Of a stretch of 39,289 nt of DNA, positions 17,947-25,226 are shown piece by piece (the stretch's first letter is position 1; every line of letters starts with the position of its first letter). A program made the position numbers and the translations under genes. Source of the DNA: a virus. The DNA is taken from the IMG/VR virus record IMGVR_UViG_3300037067_022543; one strand, 5' to 3'. The notes below the pieces were generated by a model, which saw nothing but the letters and a program-made list of their open reading frames with translations, made no database searches and was not told the DNA's origin.

Positions 17947-18035
17947 TGGAGGAAACGAAGGGACTTGAACCCCCAACTCCGTTTATAGGAGCACTAGTTT
18001 TCGAGACTAGCAGGCTACCATTACCTCACGCTTCC
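17947..18035 (-). tRNA. tRNA-Ser(CGA), class II
   Basis: acceptor GGAAGCG/CGTTTCC, D-stem AGG/CCT, anticodon stem CTAGT/ACTAG loop CTCGAAA, 19-nt variable arm, CCA. Confidence 0.8.
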
Positions 18036-18044
18036 ACTTAAAAT

Positions 18045-18130
18045 TGGTGTCGGTGATAGGAGTTGAACCTACACGAGATTTCCTCTGCGGATTTTGAATC
18101 CGCCGCGGCTTCCAATTACGCCACACCGAC
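18045..18130 (-). tRNA. tRNA-Leu(CAA), class II
   Basis: acceptor GTCGGTG/CACCGAC, anticodon stem GCGGA/TCCGC loop TTCAAAA, long variable arm, discriminator A, CCA. Confidence 0.8.
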
Positions 18131-18133
18131 ATT

Positions 18134-18361
18134 CTAATCTTTTCCTAAAATTTTTCTTTGAACCACATCTCCATAATCTTGATAATTTGTTTTTGGAGGA
18201 TCTTTTTGTTGAGAAGAAAAATTTAATAACGGAGCATCTTCGTCCTTATCTTGTTCTTCTTCCGCTTCTTGAGATATTTCCAAATTAGTTTTACTATTAT
18301 CTACTGTCACTGGTTTCCCAACTACTCCTTTACTTCTGTCTAATCTTTTTATCGGCTTCAT
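18134..18361 (-). CDS. small hypothetical protein embedded in tRNA island
   Basis: 75 aa; TTG start with AAGGA RBS 6 nt upstream. Confidence 0.5.
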   Translation of the reverse strand: MKPIKRLDRSKGVVGKPVTVDNSKTNLEISQEAEEEQDKDEDAPLLNFSSQQKDPPKTNYQDYGDVVQRKILGKD

Positions 18362-18374
18362 ATTTTATCCTTAA

Positions 18375-18464
18375 ATGGTGCTGATGGTGGGATTTGAACC
18401 CACACGGGACATTAAGCCAGTAGTACCTCAAACTACTCCCTGCTGCCAATTCGGGTACATCAGC
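18375..18464 (-). tRNA. tRNA-Leu(GAG), class II
   Basis: acceptor GCTGATG/CATCAGC, anticodon stem GTAGT/ACTAC loop TTGAGGT, 16-nt variable arm, discriminator A, CCA. Confidence 0.8.
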
Positions 18465-18475
18465 ATTTTATTAAA

Positions 18476-19384
18476 TCATACAATGTTTTCTTTTTTCCAT
18501 TGTATTCCCATTAATCTACACCTTTTTCTAACAGCATTATCACTTATATTAAACATTTTTCCTATTGAAGTCATGGGTTTAGATTCAACTAACTTTACCA
18601 ATTCTTCTTTTGAGATATGAAATTTTCTAGACCTCTCTATAGCCATTTGTTTAGATTCGTTTATTTTACTTCTCAAATTAGGTATTAATATGTGTTCTTC
18701 TCTGCATATTCTTTTTAATATTTTATAATTTACACCAATTTCAGAACATATTCTTTTAAACGAAACATTTTTTAATCTTTCTATTAAAATCTCCCTGTTC
18801 ATCCCAAAATCAATAAGATTTACTTTTTTAGTTTCCCAACAAGCCCTGCACCTTCCAATTTTGTTATTGTTAATCTTTTTTCCACAATTAATACAAATTG
18901 ATTTATTAATACTGTTTTTACCTATTAAATTTTTTCTACCGCAATAATTTTTTGTTTGGCTATGGCAGTTAGGACATAAAAATCTTAAATTTTCTATTCT
19001 ACTGTCTCTTTTATCTCCATTAATATGATCTAATTGCAAAACAAGTTTGTCACTATTCCATATATTTATTAGTCCACATTTTTGGCATTTGTATTCTATT
19101 AATTTGTTTTTTATAACTTTTTCTCTTAAATTAGATAACGATCTATCTACGCCCTTAATAAAATACTCATTTGTTGGAATTGCATTAACAGCTATGCTAC
19201 CACGATTCCACCCTTGACCTAGAAAATGGGATGTGTCAAAACCATTTTTAATAGCAATTCTTTTTATAGTATTCATGTTGCCACCAGCTGGTCTTAAACC
19301 TATAGTTTCACAAACTTTCCTCCACGATTTGTTATTTAGTATTGCATTTTTAACATCTTCTACCGTGTAATTTTTACTTGCCAT
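18476..19384 (-). CDS. HNH homing endonuclease inserted between tRNA genes
   Basis: LQLDHINGDKRDSRIENLRFLCPNCHS HNH core plus C-terminal DNA-binding region; flanked by tRNAs on both sides. Confidence 0.75.
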   Translation of the reverse strand: MASKNYTVEDVKNAILNNKSWRKVCETIGLRPAGGNMNTIKRIAIKNGFDTSHFLGQGWNRGSIAVNAIPTNEYFIKGVDRSLSNLREKVIKNKLIEYKCQKCGLINIWNSDKLVLQLDHINGDKRDSRIENLRFLCPNCHSQTKNYCGRKNLIGKNSINKSICINCGKKINNNKIGRCRACWETKKVNLIDFGMNREILIERLKNVSFKRICSEIGVNYKILKRICREEHILIPNLRSKINESKQMAIERSRKFHISKEELVKLVESKPMTSIGKMFNISDNAVRKRCRLMGIQWKKENIV

Positions 19385-19469
19385 ATTTCATACTCCTTTA
19401 TACTTTTAATATATCATTCGTATAAATATGGCACACTTCCTTTATTTTAATTATTCTCGTATGCCAAAA

Positions 19470-19554
19470 TGGTGGGACTGATAGGATTTGAACCTACACA
19501 GATTTACATCTATTACGGTCTAAACGCAAGAGTCTGCCGTTCCGCCACAAACCC
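19470..19554 (-). tRNA. tRNA-Leu(UAG)-like, irregular (possible diverged duplicate/pseudo-tRNA)
   Basis: anticodon stem TTGCG/CGTAA loop TTTAGAC, long variable arm, T-arm GTAGG TTCAAAT CCTAT, disc A, CCA; but acceptor GGGTTTG/CAGTCCC has a T:T mismatch and the D-stem pairs poorly. Confidence 0.5.
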
Positions 19555-19587
19555 GTTATATAAACTATTTTATACTATCTAAAAAAT

Positions 19588-19671
19588 TGGTGCGGGTAGA
19601 GGGATTTGAACCCCCACTCCTTACGGAATCAGATCCTAAGTCTGACGCGGCTTCCATTACGCCATACCCGC
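19588..19671 (-). tRNA. tRNA-Leu(UAG), class II
   Basis: acceptor GCGGGTA/TACCCGC, anticodon stem TCAGA/TCTGA loop CTTAGGA, 13-nt variable arm, disc A, CCA. Confidence 0.8.
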
Positions 19672-19682
19672 ATTACTAAAAT

Positions 19683-19767
19683 TGGTGGGCAAGACGGGAC
19701 TTGAACCCGTACGGTTTTACCCTGCAGATTTTAAGTCTGCCGCGGCTTCCAATTACGCCACTCGCCC
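19683..19767 (-). tRNA. tRNA-Leu(UAA), class II
   Basis: acceptor GGGCGAG/CTTGCCC, anticodon stem GCAGA/TCTGC loop CTTAAAA, long variable arm, disc A, CCA. Confidence 0.8.
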
Positions 19768-19782
19768 ATTTTTTATCATTAT

Positions 19783-19811
19783 TTTATACTACCTAAATAT
19801 TTATATATCAA
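19783..19811 (-). promoter_or_regulatory. sigma70-like promoter for the Leu-tRNA sub-cluster
   Basis: minus strand TTGATA-N17-TATAAA ending about 15 nt before the 5' end of tRNA-Leu(UAA). Confidence 0.4.
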
Positions 19812-19818
19812 AGAACAC

Positions 19819-19856
19819 AAAAAAAGCCCCAGAAACAACTCTTGGTTGCCTGGGGC
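19819..19856 (-). terminator. Rho-independent terminator
   Basis: minus strand GCCCCAG-N17-CTGGGGC (7-bp perfect GC stem) followed by TTTTTTT. Confidence 0.55.
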
Positions 19857-19910
19857 GAAAGAATCAGCTATTTCTAGCAAGACTCGTCTTCGCCCTCAAG
19901 CAAACTTGAG
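19853..19910 (-). promoter_or_regulatory. upstream hairpins mutually exclusive with the terminator (antiterminator-like)
   Basis: GGGCGAAGA-loop-TCTT(T)CGCCC shares its GCCCC 3' arm with the terminator 5' arm; additional CTCAAG-tttg-CTTGAG hairpin. Confidence 0.3.
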
Positions 19911-20016
19911 AGTGATAACGAACTCAGACTAGATAATAGAACTTTATTCATGTTATTATTATACTCCAATTTATTTTAAAATCCTTTTTTATTTTTAATT
20001 ATATAAAAAACAATGA

Positions 20017-20084
20017 TATAAGAATTGGGATTTGAACCCAAAGCTCCCATTTTAGGAGTGACCGTAATTGAAACGTTCTCTTAT
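20017..20084 (-). ncRNA. degenerate tRNA-like element
   Basis: acceptor ATAAGAG/TTCTTAT, canonical T-arm TTGGG TTCAAAT CCCAA, but D-loop lacks GG, anticodon stem only 4 bp with loop TAAAATG (no U33), no CCA. Confidence 0.35.
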
Positions 20085-20098
20085 ACCATCTAAATATT

Positions 20099-20359
20099 TT
20101 ACCAAATATTACATCTATCTTTATTAACTTTCTTACCAATTTCACCAACATTTCTCAATGCTACCTTAATGGAATTAATCTGTCTCCCGTTGAGATGAAT
20201 TTTAAAACCGTTAGATTCAATTACCAAAGACTTACCGTAACGCTTTAAATCGTTTTTATTAACTGGTCTAGAATAGGACAAATAAGTGTTACTGCCCTTA
20301 TTCCTAAACCTGATTTTCTTACAATTTGATCTTAATTTTTGATTGTTTTTTACTTTCAT
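20099..20359 (-). CDS. small basic hypothetical protein
   Basis: 86 aa, Lys/Arg-rich. Confidence 0.55.
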   Translation of the reverse strand: MKVKNNQKLRSNCKKIRFRNKGSNTYLSYSRPVNKNDLKRYGKSLVIESNGFKIHLNGRQINSIKVALRNVGEIGKKVNKDRCNIW

Positions 20360-20466
20360 AGTATTTGTCCTTTTGATTTACATTTATAACAGCTTTTTAA
20401 CGAATGTCAAGAACTTTATTTAAAAATTTTATATTATTTTGGAACAGCAAACAACTAATTAACACT

Positions 20467-20859
20467 TCAATTTAAAGTTATATACTTTCTTTCTTTAAAA
20501 GACTTAATTGTTTTTTGAAAATCATTTAACGAATTTTTCACTAAACTTCTAACAGCTTCTCTTGTAGACTTTACTGTATTTGATATTGCATAAACACCAG
20601 ATATAGCTACAAGACAAGAAATATTATTACACACAAGTCCAATTCCACTAATTACTCCTGCAAAATTACTAATATGTATACTCTTTTTACATATTCCACA
20701 TTCTGCAGGATATATCTTGCAATAACATTTATCATCACAAAATGATCTAATATTTCTAATATATCCTTTTTTATTAATAGTTTTCCCAAACGCCTTAAGA
20801 ACAAACTCTACTGCTGAATTGTCAAAAGTTATTTGGGATTTCATAGTAGTGCTTATCAT
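20467..20859 (-). CDS. Cys-rich protein with C-terminal hydrophobic segment
   Basis: 130 aa; CDDKCYCK..CGICKK then NFAGVISGIGLVCNNISCLVAISGVYAI. Confidence 0.55.
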   Translation of the reverse strand: MISTTMKSQITFDNSAVEFVLKAFGKTINKKGYIRNIRSFCDDKCYCKIYPAECGICKKSIHISNFAGVISGIGLVCNNISCLVAISGVYAISNTVKSTREAVRSLVKNSLNDFQKTIKSFKERKYITLN

Positions 20860-20860
20860 T

Positions 20861-21766
20861 TCAAGAATTTTTAGCAGCCAGATTTGCCTTAATCATATCT
20901 TCAAAAACATTCATCATTCCTTCAGGAGAATGTGGCATCATTATAACTGTATTCTTTGAATCTGCTCCTATCTTATTAAGAGTATCGAAATATTGAGTTA
21001 CTAAAACAAGATTCATAACTTCTGAAGTATCTGCTTTAGTTGCAGATTTAAAAGCTTCAACAGAGTCTTTCAAACCATTAATTATAGCTGTTCTTTGTTT
21101 GGCTATGCCTTCTCCCTGCAATCTTTTACTTTCAGATTCTGCTTCAGCTTTTTTAACAATTAAAATCTTTTCTGCTTCTCCGTTTGCTTTAGCAGCTTCT
21201 TGCAATCTTTGAGCTTCATTAATTTTATTCATTGCATCTTTAACCCTAGAATCTGGATCAACATCAGTAATAAGAGCTTTAATAATTTCAGTTCCATATT
21301 GAGCCATATTCTCGCTTAATTCTTTAGCTATAGCATTAGCAATATCATCTTTCTTTGCAAATACATCATCAAGTTTAAGTTTGGGAACTTCTGCTCTAAC
21401 AACGTCAAAAATATATGACGATACTTGTTTACTAAAATTAGTTAATTTGTAATAAATATCATATACCTTGCTTGGAATTGCTCTAAATTGTACTGATACT
21501 ATAATTTTAATAAAAACATCATCTTCTGTTTTCGTCTCAATTGGTACATCTAATTGTTGATCTTTTAGACTAGAATAACTAACAATTTTTTCAACAAAAG
21601 GTATTTTTAAATTTAATCCTGGATTTGCCATCCTATTAAATTTACCAAATCTTTCTATAATAGCTATAGTTTGTTGTCTTACAGTAAAAAGAGACATAAT
21701 AGCTAAAATTATACAAAACACAGCAAATATAGATAAAACAACAATCATAGCAATTCCTTCAATCAT
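20861..21766 (-). CDS. SPFH/band-7 (stomatin/prohibitin/flotillin-like) membrane protein
   Basis: N-terminal TM helix then IIERFGKFNRMANPGLNLKIPFVEKI and long coiled-coil C-terminus typical of SPFH. Confidence 0.85.
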   Translation of the reverse strand: MIEGIAMIVVLSIFAVFCIILAIMSLFTVRQQTIAIIERFGKFNRMANPGLNLKIPFVEKIVSYSSLKDQQLDVPIETKTEDDVFIKIIVSVQFRAIPSKVYDIYYKLTNFSKQVSSYIFDVVRAEVPKLKLDDVFAKKDDIANAIAKELSENMAQYGTEIIKALITDVDPDSRVKDAMNKINEAQRLQEAAKANGEAEKILIVKKAEAESESKRLQGEGIAKQRTAIINGLKDSVEAFKSATKADTSEVMNLVLVTQYFDTLNKIGADSKNTVIMMPHSPEGMMNVFEDMIKANLAAKNS

Positions 21767-21781
21767 TTTTTTTCTCCTTAA

Positions 21782-22066
21782 TTATTTATTTTTTTCTTTT
21801 CTAATTTCTTGTGCTTTTTTATAAACATCTTTAATCTCTATCTCTCTTTTGCCTTGTTTAACAAAAAACATTAGGGCATTAATCCCACAATTAACTCCAT
21901 CATCAAAAACTTTATCATAAACATTAGTTTTTAATAATAATTGCTGTTCAGGAGAACTAACTTTTTTGTTAAAGTTAATAGCAAAAATAATTCCTGCAAT
22001 ACCAAATGCCATCAAAATTAAAAAAACAAACAAAAGCAATTTACCACCTTGTGAATGATTAACCAT
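21782..22066 (-). CDS. NfeD-like short membrane protein (SPFH partner)
   Basis: TM segment LLLFVFLILMAFGIAGIIFAI plus C-terminal small beta-domain; ORF-track start 22132 is TTG; ATG at 22064-22066 carries strong AAAGGAG RBS. Confidence 0.55.
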   Translation of the reverse strand: MVNHSQGGKLLLFVFLILMAFGIAGIIFAINFNKKVSSPEQQLLLKTNVYDKVFDDGVNCGINALMFFVKQGKREIEIKDVYKKAQEIRKEKNK

Positions 22067-22115
22067 CGCGTCTCCTTTGATTAACATTATACAAAAAAAT
22101 AATATAAATAAAAAA

Positions 22116-22616
22116 TTATTTATAAGCGTCAATCATTAGCTTTTTAACTTCATCCATAACTTCTTTCATCCTTTTGGTCATAGACGGCTTAAAAGGCTTT
22201 CTCAAAGGAAACATATTAGCTTCTGCTGGAGTTCTGTTGTTTTTCTTTTTGTTACAATAAGAACAAGCGGTAGTCATATTTTCATACGTAGTTTTACCAC
22301 CTCGTGATTTTGGAAGAACATGATCTGTGGTCAAATCATTTTTATCAGTGATATGCTTTCCACAATATTGACAAATATAATCATCTCTTTCCCAGGTCAA
22401 TTTATTAGAATATTTCATTTTTCTATTATATGCTCTAACAAATCTAAATATTTTAATAATTAATGGGACTTGAATGATTTCAGAAACCGTATGAATAACA
22501 TCCTCTGCATATTTTACAACTTCTGCTTTTTTTTGTTCTATTAATGATAATGCTCTATTAAGAGAGCAAGAACTAATACATTCATAACCGCTATTTAAAA
22601 CATATACTCTATGCAT
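22116..22616 (-). CDS. HNH endonuclease (McrA-like)
   Basis: CQYCGKH...TTDHVLPKSRGG...NMTTACSYCNKKK; AAAGGT RBS. Confidence 0.75.
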   Translation of the reverse strand: MHRVYVLNSGYECISSCSLNRALSLIEQKKAEVVKYAEDVIHTVSEIIQVPLIIKIFRFVRAYNRKMKYSNKLTWERDDYICQYCGKHITDKNDLTTDHVLPKSRGGKTTYENMTTACSYCNKKKNNRTPAEANMFPLRKPFKPSMTKRMKEVMDEVKKLMIDAYK

Positions 22617-22820
22617 AACCTGTTTTACCTTTATATAAAAAAAATACCATTAGTCAAACCACCAAAAATGGCAAATAAGATCCTGTTGGAAATTATATGC
22701 CTGCAATGCAAGACCCGGATGTATACTGGTCATGCAGCAAACCATCTTTTTGTGTTTTAACTAACGGCAATATCGCATTCATCTTATTATACCTAATTTT
22801 TACATTTTTCCCTTTTAAAT

Positions 22821-23188
22821 TGGTGGACCCGGAGGGATTTGAACCCTCGTCTTGATAAATTTCAAAAATGGCATCTACATGTTTATATGATTTTACTATT
22901 TTAGGCAAACCATCAAGCCCACCAGAATCCTTTCTTCTGGTTAGTCAGCAAACGTCTTTCCGTTTCGCATTTGTCAGGGGTCTTATCTTCACCCATTGAA
23001 CTCTAGTGATCGTCACTACTCTAGGCTACCAGAGATATCTTGCCTATTTCGCGGACAGCTGGTTAAGCAGCCATCAAATAAGAAGCTTTGTCAGCTCTTA
23101 ATGTTTTTAGTGGATTCTTTACGGTGCCAACCACTATCACCTACATGCATCCATAATCTCTTCTTATCAATCGAAACCGGTCGGGCCC
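22821..23188 (-). ncRNA. ssrA: tmRNA (transfer-messenger RNA), tag reading frame ADKASYLMAA-stop
   Basis: 5' GGGCCCGACCGGTTTCGA...; 3' GGGTTCAAATCCCTCCGGGTCCACCA; acceptor GGGCCCG/CGGGTCC with G3:U70; PK1-like GGTTGGC..CGTAAA; frame GCT GAC AAA GCT TCT TAT TTG ATG GCT GCT TAA (cf. E. coli ANDENYALAA). Confidence 0.85.
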
Positions 23189-23211
23189 TTTCTATATTTA
23201 TAATACTTCAT

Positions 23212-23412
23212 TTACATATCAGAAACCAGTACCAACTCCAAAGCTTTCAAATGTCCTTCTGGAGTAGGATTGCCAGAAATATGAGTATGTCCAGTATACT
23301 TTTTTAAAAATTCAATTTTTGACAGCGTATCATTTTTAATCTTCTTTAAAGCATATAAAGAATTAATATATTTTCTTTCAATAGAACCAATTTTGACAAC
23401 GTTTTCTTTCAT
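23212..23412 (-). CDS. small hypothetical protein
   Basis: 66 aa; AGAGGAG RBS; ends 24 nt before tmRNA 5' end. Confidence 0.5.
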   Translation of the reverse strand: MKENVVKIGSIERKYINSLYALKKIKNDTLSKIEFLKKYTGHTHISGNPTPEGHLKALELVLVSDM

Positions 23413-23429
23413 TTTTAACTCCTCTATAA

Positions 23430-23717
23430 TTATTCTTTAATAAAAGTTTCCAATCCTTTTTCAAAAATCTTTTTAAAAACATAAACTCCCATTTGTTTAT
23501 TATCAAAACCTTCTGTTTCTAGAGAATCTATTATTTCACTAAAAGCTATTTTTATTGCTTTAATATGCTTTTCATCTGACAACTCTACTCTTTGTGCTAA
23601 AATTGTCAAGCTTTTAAATTCTAATTGTTGATCATATCTAACAGCGTCTATAATAGCATCCATTTTTTCTACATTTAATTCTAAATATGCACCATCTTTT
23701 CCAATTTCTATGCTCAT
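23430..23717 (-). CDS. hypothetical protein
   Basis: 95-aa ORF. Confidence 0.55.
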   Translation of the reverse strand: MSIEIGKDGAYLELNVEKMDAIIDAVRYDQQLEFKSLTILAQRVELSDEKHIKAIKIAFSEIIDSLETEGFDNKQMGVYVFKKIFEKGLETFIKE

Positions 23718-23718
23718 A

Positions 23719-23946
23719 TTAATTTATCTCCACATTTTTAGTATCAACAACAATGCTAACCCATTCTTCGTTAATAAAACCATCAAATCCATCGTCAAAA
23801 CCATCTTTATGACTTCCTAATTTTTTCGTTACCTTACCAAACCCAATATCCCTAAAAGCCTTGACCATAAGATTAGCGATTTTATTTGGTGAAATTGATG
23901 AGCAACCACTGATTGTGATTTTCATGACAGGTTTCTTGCAAATCAT
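23719..23946 (-). CDS. hypothetical protein
   Basis: ORF-track start 23967 is TTG; ATG at 23944-23946 has strong AAGGAG RBS. Confidence 0.5.
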   Translation of the reverse strand: MICKKPVMKITISGCSSISPNKIANLMVKAFRDIGFGKVTKKLGSHKDGFDDGFDGFINEEWVSIVVDTKNVEIN

Positions 23947-23947
23947 A

Positions 23948-24718
23948 TTATTTCTCCTTGTTTCCAAATAGATTAGGGGGCATATTGTTAGCTATTCTAT
24001 TTTCTGATATTTTATGATATTCTTTTGATATTTCAGAACCAACATAATTTCTATTATTATTTAAGCAAGAAATTGCAGTAGTTCCTCCACCCATAAAAGG
24101 ATCGTAAACTAAGTCTCCTTCATATGAAAGTAATTTAATACACATATCTGGCAAATCTGTATGAAAATTTGCTTTTGTAATTTCTTGACTTTGAGTTCTT
24201 AATTTCCATATTCCGCTACATCCCATCATAAATTCGTCTTTAGAAATCTTGCTATTGCCTTCTTTAATCTTTTTCCATACATCTTTATATCCTACCATAA
24301 CAATCTCATAAGGATTATAAATATATGGAGATGATGGCTTCAACCAAGAACCCCATGCAGTATACTTAACTCTATGAGAATCAACCCAAACTGGAGAACC
24401 AAATATATTTATTCCAACTTTATTAAACAAATTATAAAACTCAGCATAAGGAGAAATTCTTTTTTTATTATATTCTATGCCCATTTCCAATAATATATTA
24501 AGGCATATTCTACCATCAGATTTTAGAACTCTTTTTATTTCTTTCAACCATTTTTCACACCAAGACAAATAATCTGACCAATCTTTATTATCATTATAAA
24601 TATCATATTTAATGCCACAATTATATGGAGGGCTTGTTACTACTAAATCTACAAAGTCATCAGGCATCTTTGACAAAGTAAGTAAACAGTCTTCGTTATA
24701 AATTTTATTAATTTCCAT
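23948..24718 (-). CDS. DNA methyltransferase (amino-MTase, beta-class: N4-C or N6-A)
   Basis: motif IV SPPY near N-term, motif I DPFMGGGTT near C-term. Confidence 0.8.
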   Translation of the reverse strand: MEINKIYNEDCLLTLSKMPDDFVDLVVTSPPYNCGIKYDIYNDNKDWSDYLSWCEKWLKEIKRVLKSDGRICLNILLEMGIEYNKKRISPYAEFYNLFNKVGINIFGSPVWVDSHRVKYTAWGSWLKPSSPYIYNPYEIVMVGYKDVWKKIKEGNSKISKDEFMMGCSGIWKLRTQSQEITKANFHTDLPDMCIKLLSYEGDLVYDPFMGGGTTAISCLNNNRNYVGSEISKEYHKISENRIANNMPPNLFGNKEK

Positions 24719-24723
24719 AACTT

Positions 24724-24951
24724 TTACATTAACCCACCAATTTTGAACTCTTCTTTACACAAATTACAAACCCGAAACCATCCCGACTTTTCTGGATGTT
24801 TGCGATCGTTTCTCATCAAACAAGCAAAGGTCGTTTTCTTATGACAAGCTGGGCAAAATTTGTTTCTTATATTTTTTTGAATAAAGCGGATCTCCTTTAA
24901 TTCTTCCTTTGTTCTTAAATGGACATCTACTCCGCAAGGTGCTACTTTCAT
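24724..24951 (-). CDS. zinc-ribbon protein
   Basis: CPACHKK...CNLCKEE; AAGGAG RBS. Confidence 0.55.
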   Translation of the reverse strand: MKVAPCGVDVHLRTKEELKEIRFIQKNIRNKFCPACHKKTTFACLMRNDRKHPEKSGWFRVCNLCKEEFKIGGLM

Positions 24952-25039
24952 TTTGTCTCCTTATTTTTTCTATATGCAATGGAGTTTCATACTTACCAAC
25001 ATCCAATACAATGCAGGAGTATGAACTTCTCACAAAAAG

Positions 25040-25216
25040 CTATTTAACAAGCCTTTTAGCAAGTTTAATAGAATCATCAATGCTTTTTACTTTCTCAGCT
25101 GACATAATTCCACCAATTTCAATTTCCATTCCGTTTTCCAGAGTTGCCACAATATAATCATGACAACCATAAACCTTAATAATTTTCTGTCCTATAATTT
25201 TCTTTTCGCCCTTCAT
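25040..25216 (-). CDS. small hypothetical protein (58 aa, MKGEKKIIGQKIIKVYGCHDY...)
   Basis: hand-translated; ATG 25214-25216 with AGGAG RBS, TAG stop 25040-25042. Confidence 0.45.
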   Translation of the reverse strand: MKGEKKIIGQKIIKVYGCHDYIVATLENGMEIEIGGIMSAEKVKSIDDSIKLAKRLVK

Positions 25217-25226
25217 GATAATTCTC

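Noticed and set aside
18045-18130. Reading tRNA at 18045..18130 as an opal-suppressor (anticodon UCA)
   Set aside because: That reading needs a GGCGG/CCGCC stem that does not exist. The only 5-bp stem (GCGGA/TCCGC) gives loop TTCAAAA, i.e. anticodon CAA (Leu). Standard-code ORFs are long, and no suppressor tRNA was found.
18375-18620. Plus-strand ORFs overlapping tRNA genes (18375..18620, 19682..19909, 18094..18288)
   Set aside because: They lie antisense across well-formed tRNA cloverleaves, have no RBS, and are GC-rich only because of the tRNAs. Spurious.
22821-23188. tmRNA as a prophage/island attachment-site remnant
   Set aside because: The gene is full length and both flanks are phage-like AT-rich genes. 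No bacterial core genes, integrase or direct repeats of the ssrA 3' end are seen in the window.
22693-23307. ORFs 22693..22908 (-) and 22996..23307 (+) across the tmRNA
   Set aside because: The region is fully explained by the tmRNA structure (TLD, PK1, tag ORF). The ORFs are artefacts of a GC-rich RNA gene.
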